Assembly (NCBI GenBank): GCA_030390025.1
Contig: CM059431.1
Span: 101,124,001-101,188,000, forward strand
DNA length: 64,000 nucleotides
From: Squalus acanthias
Taxonomy: Eukaryota
Direction: 5' to 3'
Shown here: in pieces, positions 1 to 12,329 of the stretch
Numbering within the stretch: position 1 is the stretch's first letter
Layout of the letters: the number at the start of each line of letters is the position of its first letter
Translations under genes and position numbers: made by a program
Notes under the pieces: generated by a model
What the model was told of the DNA's origin: nothing
What the model saw: only the letters and a program-made list of their open reading frames with translations
The model's database searches: none

Positions 1-23
1 ATTCATTTTTAATGCCTCTTGTA

Positions 24-548
24 CAACAACAACTTGCATTTATATAGCACTTTTAACTGAGTAAAACGTCCCAAGGTGCTTCACAGGAGCGAATATCAAA
101 CAATATTTGGCACCGAGACCCATACTGAGATATTAGGACAGGTGACCAAAAGCTTGGTCAAAGAGGTAGGTTTTAAGGAGCGTCTTAAAGGAGGAGAAAG
201 AGACGGAGAGGTTTAGGGAGGGAATTCCAGAGATTAGGGCCTAGGCAGCTGAAGGCACGGCCACCAATGGTGGAGCGATTAAAATCAGGGATGCTCAAGA
301 GGCCAGAATTAGAGGAGCGCAGAGATCTCGGAGGTTGTGGGGCTGAAGGAGATTACAGAGATAGGAAAGGGCGAGGTCATGAAGGGATTTGAAAACAAGG
401 ATGAGAATTTTAAAATCGAGGCGTTGCCGGACCAGGAGCCAATGTAGGTCAGCGAGCACAGGGGAGATGGGGGAACGGGAAGTTAGGATACAGGCAGCAG
501 GGCTTTGGATGAGTCAGCTCAAGTTTATGGAGGGTGGAAGGTGGGAGG
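24..548 (-). mobile_element. L2-clade LINE 3' fragment
   Basis: Reverse strand matches the recurrent 3' end encoding LHWLPV..FKILILVFK..GGRAFS..PKLWNSLP..FKTLLKTYLF and ending in a (TTG)n tail. Confidence 0.75.
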
Positions 549-943
549 CCGGCCAGGAGAGTTTGTTATTCCTTCATTGCGCAGAGAAATAAAACATCAG
601 CTGCCCAAAAAGCCAAACTGAATCTATGCCGTCCAGAGCAGAAAGTAAACAGCGGCGACAAAGAACAATTCCACGGTTGTAAATCTGTCCAATTGCAAAG
701 TTCACTGGAAGAACTGAAAAGCGAGATCCTCACACATTTACCTTCCTGCCTACACTGACTGGTTTGTTGCTGGTGTTTGCTACACAATATCCTCCTCCTT
801 GTACACCAAGACTTGTTCCTCATCCAGATCCACACTGAGACCTTCACTTCAATGTTGTGCAACAGACAAATATACTGCTATAGTTTTGCAACTTTGACAG
901 TGACATAATTAAAGCCCTCCCTTGACTCGTCAGAGCATGTAAA

Positions 944-1435
944 TAATAACAGAGAATGCCGGGAACGCTCGGCGGGTCAGGCAGCATCTGCGGAGAGAGA
1001 AAAACAGAGTCGACGTTTCAGGTCGATGACCTTTCGTCAGAACTGGAAAAAGCTGGAGATGTAACAGGTTTTAAGCAACTGCAGAGGCAGGGAAAGGGGG
1101 GAGGGGGAGGGGAGGAAAGAACAAAATGGAAGGTCTGTGATAGGGTGGAGAGATTAAATGACTAAAAGGAGGATGGTGCGAGGCAAAAGGAGATGGTTTT
1201 TGGACAAGTAGAGAAACAAAAGATACGTCTAGAGGAGGTGTAAATGGTTACAGCAGGACCATTACCAGCACCTGCTGTCCGAGAAAATAGGAGCAGTGGT
1301 TATGGTCTGAAATTGTTGAACTCAATGTTGAGGCCGCAAGGCTGTAAAGTGCCTGGTCGAAAGATGAGGTGCTGTTCCTCGAGCTCCCGTTGAGCTTCAT
1401 TAGAGCAGTGTAGGAGGCCGAGGGCGGAGAGGTCG
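944..1435 (-). mobile_element. Penelope-like element (family B) 3' fragment
   Basis: Minus strand carries the degenerate C-terminus (..EEQHLIFR.GTLQP.GLNIEFNNFR), the 3' UTR and a hammerhead motif. Near-TSD gagcatgtaaa/gagcgtgtaaa (933-943, 1436-1446). Confidence 0.7.
1008..1044 (-). ncRNA. Minimal type I hammerhead ribozyme motif (PLE family B)
   Basis: Reverse complement reads agtt-CTGACGA-a-aggtc-atc-gacct-GAAA-cGTC-gact: intact core, 5-bp stem II, minimal stem III and a GUC triplet. Confidence 0.7.
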
Positions 1436-1747
1436 GAGCGTGTAAAAGTTGTTTCATTGTTCTCAATGTGTGCTCAATCAGAATTTTGGTTTGCCCAATT
1501 TCTTCAAGCGAGAGCTGGACCTGTTTCTGGCCTGGGGCGGAGATCACCTCTTACAGAAGATAGGTACTGCAGGGAATTCAGGGCCAGAGTGATCTCCTGG
1601 ACTAGTTTTGATTGCCTAGGGAGGGTCGGAGAGGAATTTCACAGATTTTTTTCCCCAAGATTGGCCTGGGCTTTTATCTGTTTGTCACCTCTCACAGGAG
1701 ATCACATGGTTTCGGGTGGAGGGTGGGGTATATATTGTAATACACAA

Positions 1748-2567
1748 GGGGGGAGAAATTCAGTATCGCCCCGTTTGGGGCGCGATTATCGGCCGGGCGC
1801 AAAGTTTAGCGCCTGGTGCTAATTATCTCCTCCGACTACAAACTTGGCTTTTATCGCCCCTAGAGGTGATTGGAGCGCTAAATCAGGCGCTGCACACCTG
1901 TCTTAAGGTGCAAAGGCCGAGGAGCGAGGCGCTACCTCAGAGCGCTGGCGAAGCTCATGTGATGTCAGTCAGCAATGGAACACAGACACACTGGCGCTGG
2001 CCAATTCTTAAAGGGGAGGGTTGATCTTGCTCTCCATCCACACCCTGCTCATTGCAGCCTTGAATCTCGGCCTGGAGAGACCTGTACATCAAATCTTCTA
2101 AATCGATGCAAGGAAGATCAAATAAAAAAGAATCTGCGAAGTGCTGCTCAGTACCCAAAACTCCTCAACACAGCTTTGAATACCTCCTGCAGTCTCTCTC
2201 TCTCACTCAGAATGCGTGGTGAAAAAATTTTGCTGACAAAAAAAGGCAGGAAGCGGTCACCTTTAAATAGCGCTCCCCCAGTCCCTTCCCGACTGCAAAA
2301 CGCTCCCCTCAACCTGTTGTTGCTAGTGGCAGGTGGTAAGACAGGGGGCGCCACTCAATATCCGGTCCGGGGCATTGCACACTCGACTGACGTCACGATC
2401 TGCGGGCACAGGAGATCGTGGCAGTAGTGTTTAGCTCCGCCGCAAAATGTCTAGTCAATTTCGTGAGTGGAGCAAACATCGCCGCGCACAGGCGCTAGTT
2501 GCTTTGCGCCCCATTAGCGCCCTCTTAAGGCGCTAACGGGAGGCGCAAACCAACCGATTTTTTCCCC
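1748..2567. mobile_element. GC-rich non-autonomous DNA transposon (Harbinger-type MITE)
   Basis: Imperfect TIRs GGGGGAGAAATT../..ATTTTTTCCCC with a 3-bp TSD CAA. A second copy lies in opposite orientation at 45776-46664. Confidence 0.7.
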
Positions 2568-2759
2568 CAAGGTGCCACAATTGTGTGGGACTGGCTCGAT
2601 GGACCAGAGGGTCTTTGTTCATATGTGTCCAATTCTGGGCACCAAAGTCAAGGCCTTGTAGAGGGTGCAGAGCACATTTACTGGAATTATACCAAGCCCC
2701 ACTCCAGAATTTGAGCACATAATCTAGGCTAAAACTGCAATGCAGTAACAAAAGAAAGA

Positions 2760-3301
2760 CTCAGCAGGCCAGGCAGCATCTGTGGAGAGAGAAACAGAGT
2801 TAACGTTTCAGGTCTGTGACCCTTCGTCAGAACTGGAAAAAGTTGGAGATGTAACAGGTTTTAAGCAGGTGTAGAGGCAGGGAAAGGGGGGGAGGAAGGG
2901 GAGGAAGGAACTGGAAGGAACAGCACCTCATCTTTCGATTAGGCACTTTACAGCCTTCTGGACTCAACATTGAGTTCAACAATTTCAGACTATAAACCCC
3001 CCCATTTTTCAGGCAGCAGCTGTTGATGATTCTGCCATCCCCATTTGCAACATTTAATCTCTCCTGCCTTCAATCCTAGCACAGATTGTGCCTTTCGTTC
3101 CTTCCTCCGCTCCCCCTCCCCCTTTCCCTACACTTGCTTAAAACCTGTTACATCTCCAACTTTTACCAGTTCTGACGAAGGGTCACAGACCTGAAGCATT
3201 GACTCTGTTTCTCTCTCCGCAGATGTTGCCTGGCCTGCTGAGTGTTTCCAGCATTTTCTGTTGTTATTTCAGATTTCCAGCATCCGCAGTATTTTGCTAT
3301 T
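2760..3301 (+). mobile_element. Penelope-like element (family B) with inverted 5' arm
   Basis: 2760-2890 is the reverse complement of about 3120-3245. The 3' tail is only on the right arm. 15-bp TSD gtaacaaaagaaaga at 2745-2759 and 3302-3316. Hammerhead motifs at 2798-2834 (-) and 3167-3204 (+, GAAA mutated). Confidence 0.75.
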
Positions 3302-3309
3302 GTAACAAA

Positions 3310-3615
3310 AGAAAGAACCTGCTTTTATACAGCGCCTTTCAGGAACCTCCCGACGTCCCACAGCATTTCACAGCCAATGAAGTGCTTTTTGAAGTGTAGT
3401 CGCTGTTGTAATGTAGGGAAACATGGCAGCCAATTTGCGCACAGCAAGCTCCCACAAACAGCAATGAGATAAATGACCAGATAACCGGTTTTCGAGATGC
3501 TGGTTGAGGGATAATTATTGGCCAGAACATCAAAAGAACAGTCCTGTCCTTCTTTGAATGGTGCCCTGGGATCTTTTATGTCTATCTGACAGTAGATTGG
3601 GCCTCAGTTTAACAA
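3310..3615 (-). mobile_element. Deu-domain SINE fragment
   Basis: Matches the 3' half of the full-length SINE at 58164-58635. Confidence 0.65.
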
Positions 3616-3797
3616 CTAAAAGGCTAATGGAATGTTGGCCTTTATCTCCAGGGGGCTGAATACGAAGGGGTGCAAGTGATACTTCAGTTGTACAGAGCCT
3701 TGTTTAGACCCCGTAGTACTGCAGACAGTTCTGGACACCGCACCTCAGGAAGGATATATTGGCCTTGGAGAAAAGAAAGAAAGGCTTGTATTTGTAC

Positions 3798-4432
3798 AAA
3801 AATGAGAAGTCGCACAACACCAGGTTATAGTCCAACAGATTTATTTAATATTACAAGCTTTTGGAGCTATCGATCGCCCCTTCTTCAGGTAAAGTTACTA
3901 TGAGTGAATCTACAAAAATTCACAGAATATAAACACAGAGAAAATGCAGAGATACAATCTTTCCTTACATCAAAGACACACCAAGAGCACAGCCAAGACA
4001 ATGAGATGTGTCCCAGGGGGTCCAACGTGTCAAAACCTGCTGTCTGCATATCCTCTCCATTTGGGTTTGTTTTTTGTGTTTGTTTTTTTTAAAAACTGGA
4101 AAGACAGACAACGATGTCAAGTCACATTCTGTAATGTGACATGAACCTGATATCCCTATTGAGGCCGTCCTCATGAGTGCGGAACTTGGCTATCAGTTTC
4201 TGCTCAATGATTTTGCGTTGTCGTGTATCTCGAAGGCCACCTTGGAGAACGTTAACCCGCAGATCCGAGGCTGAATGCCCTTGACTGCTGAAGTGTTCCC
4301 CGACTGGGAGGCAACCATCCTGCCTGGCGATTGTTGCGTGGTGTCCGTTCATACGTTGTCTCAGTGTCTGCATGGTCTCGCCGATGTACCATGCTCTGGG
4401 GCATCCTTTACTGCAACGTATCAGGTACAAAC
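3798..4432 (-). mobile_element. Penelope-like element (family A) fragment with GIY-YIG endonuclease C-terminus
   Basis: ORF 4122-4430 reads YLIRC..WYIGETMQTLRQRMNGH..PVGEHF..EQKLIAKFRTHEDGLN. 11-bp TSD gtatttgtaca (3787-3797, 4433-4443). Inserted into a SINE tail. Confidence 0.8.
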
Positions 4433-4887
4433 GTATTTGTACAGCGCCTTTCATGACCTCAGGTTGTCCCAAAGCGTTTTACAGCCAATGAAGCACTTTT
4501 AGAAGTGTACTCACTGTTGTAACGTAGGAAATGCAGCAGCCAATTTGCGCACAGCAAGCTCCCACAAACAGCAATGAGTTAAACATTCAGATAATCTGTT
4601 TTTAGTGATGTTGGTTGAGGGATAAATATTGGCCCCAGGACACCGGGGAGAACTCCCCTGCTCTTGTTCGAAATAGTGGCCGTGGGATCTTTTACGTTCA
4701 CCTGAGAGAGCAGACCTTGGTTTAACGTCTCATCCAAAAAGACGGCACCTCTGACAGTGCGGCACTCCCTCAGCACAGCACTGGGAGTGTCAGCCTAGAT
4801 TTTTTGTGCTCAAGTCTCTGGAGTGGGACTTGAACCCACAACCTTCTGACTCAGAGGCGAGTGTGCTGCCCACTGAGCCACGGCAGC
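4433..4887 (-). mobile_element. Deu-domain tRNA-derived SINE
   Basis: tRNA-like head with A/B boxes at 4820-4887 (-), central domain and L2-like tail. The remainder of the tail is at 3770-3797. Confidence 0.75.
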
Positions 4888-5174
4888 TCAACGCTGATTC
4901 ACCAGAATTATACCAGGGTTTAAAGGGTTAAAATCTGAGTACAGGTTACATAAACTTGGTTTGCACTGGCTTGAGTTGAGACAGTTGAGGGGTGATCTAA
5001 TCGAGGTGTTTAAAATGATAAAGGGATTTGATAGGGTAAATACAGATGAACTATTTCCTCTGCTGGGTCGAGGCCAGAACAAGGGAGAACTATCTTAAAA
5101 TTACAGCTAACTTTCATCCTTGAACCAGCAATGAAAAAAAACAGATTAACTGGTCATTTATCATTTTGTTGTGT

Positions 5175-5635
5175 GCTGTGCTCGCTGACCTACATTGGCT
5201 CCCGGTTAAGCAGCGCCTCGATTTCAAAATTCTCATCCTTGTTTTCAAATCCTTCCATGGCCTCGCCCCTTCCTATCTCTGTAATCTCCTTCAATCCCAC
5301 AACCTCCCCCCCCCCCCCCCCCCCCGAGATATCTGCGCTCCTCTAATTCTGCCCTCTTGAGCATCCCTGATTATAATCGCTCAGCCTTTGGCGGCCGTGC
5401 CTTCAGCTGCCTGGGCCCTAAGCTCTGGAATTCCCTGCCTAAACCTCTCCGCCTCTCCAACTCTCTTTCCTCCTTTAAGACGCTCCTTAAAACCTACCTC
5501 TTTGACCCAGTTTTTGGTCACCCGCCCTAATTTATCCTTATGTGGATCGGTGTCAAATTTTTTTGTCTTAAAATACTCCTGTGCAGCGCCTTGGGACGTT
5601 TTACTACGTTGTTGTTGTTGTTGTTGTTGTTGTTG
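5175..5635 (+). mobile_element. L2-clade LINE 3' fragment with (TTG)n tail
   Basis: Encodes LADLHWLPVKQRLDFKILILVFKSFHGLAPSYL and ends in (gtt)n. Confidence 0.75.
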
Positions 5636-5812
5636 TTACGTAGCACTTTTAAAAATAAAGGAATTAATTGGCTGTGAAGTGCTTCGTGACATCTTGGCAT
5701 TGTATAAATGCAAGCTTTTTTTAAACTACCCTCAGAACAAGCAGAAAGGGAATTGGGAGAGCAATTTTGAAAAGTGGCTAAGACTTTGCAATTAGAGCAT
5801 AATTTAGTTGAA

Positions 5813-5905
5813 ATAAAAATGCCGGAAACGCTCAGCGGGTCAGGCAGCATCTGTGGGGAGAGAAACAGAGTCAACGTTTCAAGTCGGTGACCCTTCGTCA
5901 GAAAC
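5813..5905 (-). mobile_element. About 93-bp PLE family B insertion (hammerhead plus 3' end)
   Basis: 13-bp near-TSD taatttagttgaa/taattgagttgaa (5800-5812, 5906-5918). Contains a CTGACGA..GAAACGTT motif. Confidence 0.7.
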
Positions 5906-6174
5906 TAATTGAGTTGAATGTGCACATAGCATCACGAAGTGCTGTCTTGAGATCCGTGTCGTTAAATAACTACGAGAGGCACAGTGTGAAAAACTGTCTA
6001 CTTGTAGCTTTGACAAGCGACGATGAAATGGGAACGAGAAATTGGACAGTCCACCTGCAACTGAAACCGGTGCTAATAACCATTTTGGAAAGCATTAGCT
6101 TGGAACATCTGCTGCACAGGGTGGCAGGACATGGAAAAACTTTTAACACTCTTACAAATATCAAAAAACATAAC

Positions 6175-6893
6175 GGCCCAGATTTTGCTGAAAATATAAA
6201 GGGGTCTGAACGGCGCTCGCTGTCATTGACGTGCGAACCGCTCAGCAAGTTGTGGCGAGGGAGAGATTCCCCCGTGAGTTGCGAATCGCCACGAGTTGCC
6301 GGACGATTTGCGCAGCTCCGCCGTTAGCCTCGCGGAAAACGGCAGCTCGCCATCGACCTCCCCGCGAGTTTCAGGAAATTGCTGCATTTGCACATTAATT
6401 ACCCATTAAACTCGCCGCAGGAAGTGAAGTCTGGCAATTAACAGTGTAAGGACCCTTTTAACGATGTGATAATTGTTGATGACCGCCAAGCAACCTCTCC
6501 AGCCCCAAAAGTGAACAATTTCTGTCACATTCCGTCAGGTTGTGGATTGTTGTTGGAGATTTAAAAAATGTGCCGATTTTAATTTTTTTAAATTTCTTAA
6601 TTTTCCTTTCTGTTTCTTTTTCTCTCTTTCTCTTAATCCAATCTTTCTTTCCCTCTCTTTATTTCTCTTTCTGTACCTGATTTGACTCGAATTCACCCGA
6701 TTTTGTTCTCCGTCGTTCCTCTGTTTCTTTCTCTATCCTTTAATCTCGTGGGTTAAAGGAGATAGACTGTTGGTCCCGTCGTTCACCGAGGTCCCAGATG
6801 CCCCGTTATCAGCTCGCACTCCCAGCAAGTTACAGGGCAAAAAAACCTAAATGTGCACGAACAGGTCAACCCCACTCCAGCAAAATCTGGGCC
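6175..6893. mobile_element. Non-autonomous TIR element (Harbinger-type MITE)
   Basis: Perfect 16-bp TIR GGCCCAGATTTTGCTG/CAGCAAAATCTGGGCC. A related internal sequence lies reversed at 31300-31800. Confidence 0.7.
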
Positions 6894-7650
6894 GAATGTT
6901 AATCCTGACTGAATTATTCATTCACTTGAAAAACAAAAAGGATGAGATCTGATAATATGGAGCCAGGTAAAGAATTCCAAGCTGGAGGTATGACGTAGCA
7001 ATATTAACTGGCATCGCATACCTCATAGGGAAAACAGTGCAAAAACAAAATGCAGGACAGGTTTCTTCAAGGCATGTTAAGCGGTAACCATGGAGAAGAT
7101 CCAAGGTGGGGGCCGAGGGTTGGAATTTGGCGGAGGCTGGTTTCGGGCACGAATGGCAGCAATGCGGGAAGCCTGAGGCCGGCCTGAAATTGGACCGCAG
7201 GTCGTCAGAATTATTAATTGGGCGAGCTGCCGGTGCCTCTCGTGCCTCCACAGGCAGCTCGGAGATGAGTATCGGGGCCACCTGTCTCGCCTAGCATGGG
7301 GCTCGAAGGTATGTCTTGGGCTCCAATCTGCAACATCTAATTTCTGCCAGGCTAGGGTGGGGGGGGCTGGGGGCCGAAAACAGGCATCAGGCCGCACATT
7401 TACAAAAGTAAGGCAGTGGGGGGGGGGGGGGGGGGGGGGGGGGAACGGGGGGGGGGGGGGGGGGGGGGGGGGGGACACGTCTATTTTACGCGGCTGCCAG
7501 GGATGCCTGAAAAATTGGCCCGCCCCAATATCGGAGCAAGACATCTTTCAGGCGTTCTTGAGGCGTGGGATGTTGGTCACTGAAATTGTGCCCGTTCTAT
7601 GCCTGTAACAGGAGCGTACCAAGGTCCAATGTCTACCCTCGATACACTAT

Positions 7651-8395
7651 GGGCTCGATTTTGTCATTGGGGCGGGCTGGGGTCGTGTCATCCGCTTTTC
7701 GTGTTAGCCACCCGACTCCAATTGGATGTGGGAGAATTATTCGATTTTCCCCTAATTGGGCAATTGAGTTACAGCATGTGGGAACCCATGACCCAATTCG
7801 TTTTTTCAGTCTGAAAGTCGCCTCTGACGATGTCATCATTGCTGCTGCATTTGAGGTCTGCAAAGACTGGGAAACTTTTGGCCTTTGCTGTGAGAGGGAC
7901 CTGGAGGCAAAATGAGCAGCAGGAGACCTAAGTCTGCTCCCAGATTATTTTTACCACCACCACCACCACCACCACTACTCCAGGCTCCAAACTTCCACAA
8001 CAATGGTTATGACTGCTAAAAGTTCCCCCAGAATGATGATTGATCAAATCTCCTTCTTAATGGTGGACCTGCAGCTGATAGTCAGCAATCCAAGTGTGCT
8101 ACCGCCAGGTTTCACCGTCGTGTTTCAGAGGAGGCGTGCATCACGTCGGAAAAGTGTTAAAATCAGAAAGGCCTCTCAAAATGGGATTATAGAGGCAATT
8201 AAGTGGTTGTTAAGGGCCTTAAGGGCCTATCCCGCCTCTTGGAGGCGGGACAGAGACGGGATCAGAAACCACGCATTTGGGAAAATTGCTCGGAGGTGGG
8301 ATGGAGGAGGGGTAGGGCCCGCCCGCCATTTTTTGCAATTTTAACACCCCACACGCCTCCATTCCCACCTCCTCGGGCCTGGCAAAATCGAGCCC
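7651..8395. mobile_element. Harbinger-type MITE
   Basis: TIR GGGCTCGATTTTG/CAAAATCGAGCCC with TSD TAT. Same family as 34047-34798. Confidence 0.75.
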
Positions 8396-9333
8396 TATGT
8401 GTGCAGTAAGTTAGTCACTGGTAGATCTCTCGCTCGCCGCAGAATGAATGTGGTTTGTCCATCGCTGTAATAGGACAAATGTGTCACAGCAATAGGTGAC
8501 GTGGCTGGAAGTAAAAAGATTTCACACCTTAACCAATGCCGAAAGATACCGGCCTCACAGATCTAATCGCCGGGAATTTCCTGGGCAGTTCTCCCGATCT
8601 GCAACGCGTGAATCCCAGTTTTCCATCGAAGTTACGAATATTTACCCACCGCTTTACAAATCTTGCTTAAGATGCAGGTGGCATCGTCCTCCCCGTTCCA
8701 AAACCACTTGTGTTTAGCTCTTTGCATGATAATTTTTTTCTCTGTTCTACTTCCCTCTGTAGATTTGCAGCATTAGCTTGCGATGCAAGTGCTTTGCTCC
8801 TTTAGGCTTCCCTGTTTGTTCTCCCTTTACTTGCTAGAGTGGATCTGTAGTCCTTACTGAAGCTATCATTCTTGCGCCAGAACTGGTTTTCTCCACTATG
8901 GAGTGGCCGGTGGTCAGCACCTTGAACAGGCCATGACTTGGACCTAACTGCCTGACTTTACCCACAATGTCTCAGTTCAGCATCAAGCAGCCCCCTCTGG
9001 CGTGGGCTAAAAATTCGACAGCCCCCCCCGAAAACGGGCGCGGGGATCGCGATGCGCGATTAACCCGCACCCGTTCGAAGTAATGCAGGCAGCACACAAA
9101 CTTGGTGCTGCCCGCTAATTTAAATGATTGTGGCGTGCAGCCCAGTGCCAAACGCGCTGCAGAGTGGCAGCACGCTCACCAGGGGGCCCAGGTTCATGCG
9201 AGGCTAGCACCAATTAAAGCTAGCCTGCACTTCTTAAAGCCAGCCTGCACCTCTAAAAGGGGAGGTGCAGTTTGACAAGACCAGGTGCTGGAAGTCATTC
9301 CGGAAAGCAGTTTCAACTGGGAGATATTCAGCA

Positions 9334-10290
9334 ATGGCACAACAGGCCAGAGAGAGGGCTTCAGGATTCCCAGATGCAGAACTGGAGGCCTTAGTGCAGG
9401 AGGTGGAAAGGAGAGAGGTCCTGTATCCACAGGGGGCCCGGAAGCCCTCTAGACAGACACTGTGAGGGCAGTGGGAGCAGACAGCCATGGAGGTCAATGC
9501 CCACAGTGTTGCCCCGAGGACCTGGATGCAGCGCCGGAAGATGTTCAATGACCTCACACGAGTGGTCAAGGTCAATGAATTCATCTTCAAATGCCATATC
9601 CCACAAATATCCCACAGTGCCACCTGCCTCACACACTGCTCAATTCACCACACCCCCATTACTCACCTACCAACAATCTCTATCAATCACGACTCACACC
9701 TCACATTCACATGCTCCATTTCACCCTCACACACTTACCACTGGTGCATGCCTCACACCCACATTGCACAGCTTGCACACACTGCCAGCTAGTCAACCAT
9801 GACAGCCACGTCAGCCAAACACAGTGCACCACACTCACTGACACACTTCCCTCTCTCTTGCAGGACAAGGTGGCACATGACCGTAGGCCGGGGCAGCTAA
9901 CCGGAGGGTGACAGGCGCACCTCCATATCCCGGCCCTCTTCGAGGAGACGGAGCTCGGCATAATTGGAGTGGCTGTGACTGAGGCCGGGGCCAGCGGCGG
10001 CACTGAAACCATTGAACATGATGGTACGCTCATACCTAATCCTCCTTCTCACATCCCACTTCCCCCTCATCCCACAAACTCTTCTGACTTAAAAGCTGCG
10101 CATGGTGTACGCATGCACCTCTTTCTTTCCACCCCACTCCCCCCACCACAACCCTACCCTTGTGCCTTTCTCATTTCAGAGGACCGAAGAACTCCAACCT
10201 GGGCAGGCAGTGGTGGTGGAGGAGGAGGAGGAGAATGCTGAAGAAGAAGAAACACCGTCACTCGATCTGACACTCACAGCCACCAGCTCA
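9334..10290 (+). pseudogene. Harbinger-type Myb/SANT-like DNA-binding protein gene, spliced and degenerate
   Basis: Exon 9334-9570: MAQQ..GFPDAELEALVQEVERREVLYP..*GQWEQTAMEVNA..RTWMQRRKMFNDL..K. Phase-0 GT-AG intron 9571-9863. Exon 9864-10023 with a TGG* (TGGG-like) motif. Intron 10024-10179, then an acidic exon. Two in-frame stops. TIR-like GGGCTAAAAATT at 9004. Confidence 0.7.
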
Positions 10291-11024
10291 GAGAGTCAAG
10301 GGATATGGAGATCGGGTGGGAAAGTGGGTTTGAGGTTGATGATCAGCCATAATCTTACTGAATGGCGGAGCAGGCTCGAGGGGCCGTATGGCTGACTCCT
10401 GCTCTTATTTCTTATGTTCTAAGTACTTTTGAAGTGTAGTCACTGTTGTAGTGTAGGAAATGCTCCTCTTAACGGCTGTCTCTCCTCCCATTACTCATTG
10501 CCATAAAGCATTTTTGCTGTAGGACTATTTTACAGGGGTATGGTTTTAATTTCCATTAAAGATAGATTACGAATTTTATTTGTTCTGATTGGCTGACCCA
10601 GCAAGCATTAATCCCCAATAAAGTCCTGTGTTCTAAGGGCGCTGTTTGAAAATAAAATTGCTACTGCATGCAGGCTGCTTGTGGTGCCAGTCTCCAGCAG
10701 CTGGTATTCTGCAATACAGGAGGAAGCCGCAAGCTGATTAAAACACTTACCTGGTGCCTCGCGTTTTAATCAATTCTCTTCCCTATTTCCACACAGAGCT
10801 ACTGCAATCTGCCACGTTACAAATTTTGGACGGCTTTAATATTTTGAATTCATGTGGCTGTTACTTACAAATGGTATACTTATTGAAACATATCATTATT
10901 TTGGTATCATAACTATCACCACATGTGGCTCTTTTTCTTGCATCTAAGTGACAAATTTGCTTTGTAATAGTTTCCTTGTTGGTGTGGGTAGACGTTCGAT
11001 TTAAAATGTCCTTATTTGTCTCTG

Positions 11025-11300
11025 TTATCCCTGATTTTCATCACTCCACCATTGGCGGCCGTGCCTTCAGCTGCCTGGGCCCTGAGCTCTGGAATTCCTT
11101 CCCTAAACCTCTCCGCCTCTCTCTCCTCCTTTAAGACGCTCCTTAAAACCTGCCTCTTTGACCAAACTTTTGGTCACCTGTCCTAATATCTCCCTGTGTG
11201 GCTCGGTGTCAAATTTTGTTTGATAATCGCTCCTGTGAAGTGCCTCGGGATGTTTTACTACGTTAAAGGCGCTGGATAAATGCAAGTTGTTGTTGTTGTC
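11025..11300 (+). mobile_element. L2-clade LINE 3' end
   Basis: Same 3' sequence and (TTG)n tail as the other L2 copies. Confidence 0.7.
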
Positions 11301-11411
11301 ACTGATTGATCAGTTAAACTAATCTTTTCCCTTTTTTTGAGTGTTTGGGCTGACCAAGATTGCATGTATTTGGGTAATAGATTCACATGCAGAATATAGT
11401 TCTTCAACTTT

Positions 11412-12140
11412 ATTCTGCGGCGAGTGTCTCACCTCCTGACTCCCCAAAGCCTTTCCACCATCTACAAGGCACAAGGAAGGAGTGTGATGGAACACTCTCC
11501 ACTTGCCTGGATGAGTGCAGCTCCAACAACACTCAAGAAGCTCGACACCATCCAGGACAAAGCAGCCCACGTGATCGGCACCAATGTTCCCCCTAAGGAG
11601 CACGGCCACATGGCCACGCACCAATCGCGAGGTGCCGCTCCCAGCTCCTGCTGCTGGAAGAGATATTGCGCAGCAAATTTAAAGGGACCGTGCACAAAAT
11701 TTTTTTTACAGGGAACATTGATTGGCACCCCATCCACCACCTTAAACATTCACTCCCTCCACCACCGGCGTACCGTGGATGCAGTGTGTACCATCTACAA
11801 GATGCACTGCATCAACACGCCAAGGCTTCTTCGGCAGCACCTCCCAAACCCGCGACCTCTTCCACCTCCAGCAGGTGCATGGGAACACCATCACCTCCAA
11901 GTTCCCCTCCAAGTCACACACCATCCTGACTTGGAAGTATATCGCCGATCCTTCATCATCGCTGGGTTAAAATCCTGGAACTCCCTCCCGAACAGCACTG
12001 TGGGAGTACCTTCACCACACGGACTGCAGCGGTTCAAGAAGGCGGCTCACCACCACCTTCTCAAGGGCAATTATGGATGGGCAATAAATGCTGGTCATGC
12101 CAGCGACGCCCACATCCCGTGAATTAATAAAATAAAAAAT
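11412..12140 (+). mobile_element. LINE 3' fragment (CR1-group/Jockey-related family C)
   Basis: Encodes IYKAQ.RSVME.SPLAW..LDTIQDKAA..LHHRR..IYKMH..SWNSLP with an A-rich tail. Other copies at 20750-20980, 24310-24553, 26290-26824, 43940-44304/45414-45607, 50415-50740 and 54515-54778. Confidence 0.7.
11582..11720. mobile_element. 139-bp hAT-like MITE inserted in a LINE
   Basis: TIR CAATGTTCCC/GGGAACATTG with an 8-bp TSD atcggcac/attggcac. It interrupts otherwise contiguous LINE sequence. Confidence 0.8.
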
Positions 12141-12329
12141 CTCTTCAAGGACGTTGAAACAGAAAAAGGAAGAATTACAAAGGATTGACACTGTCCATGA
12201 AAATGAATCACTGCTCTGAATATGGACAGGCTGATCTCTGAGTGTTCAAAGGTTGATGACTCTATTAGGACAGGAAAGAGAAAAAGAAAAAAAGACTTGC
12301 ATTGATATCACGCCTTTCACAGCCTCAGG

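Noticed and set aside
7418..7475. Long G homopolymer runs as a functional G-quadruplex
   Set aside because: They lie within a degenerate repeat element, and homopolymer length is unreliable in assemblies.
10745..10810. Minus-strand splice donor as a possible UBAC2 exon
   Set aside because: The upstream translation shows no resemblance to UBAC2, and no convincing acceptor was found.
11424..12122. 232-aa ORF as a gene
   Set aside because: Chimera of a LINE 3' fragment and an inserted MITE with frame switches.
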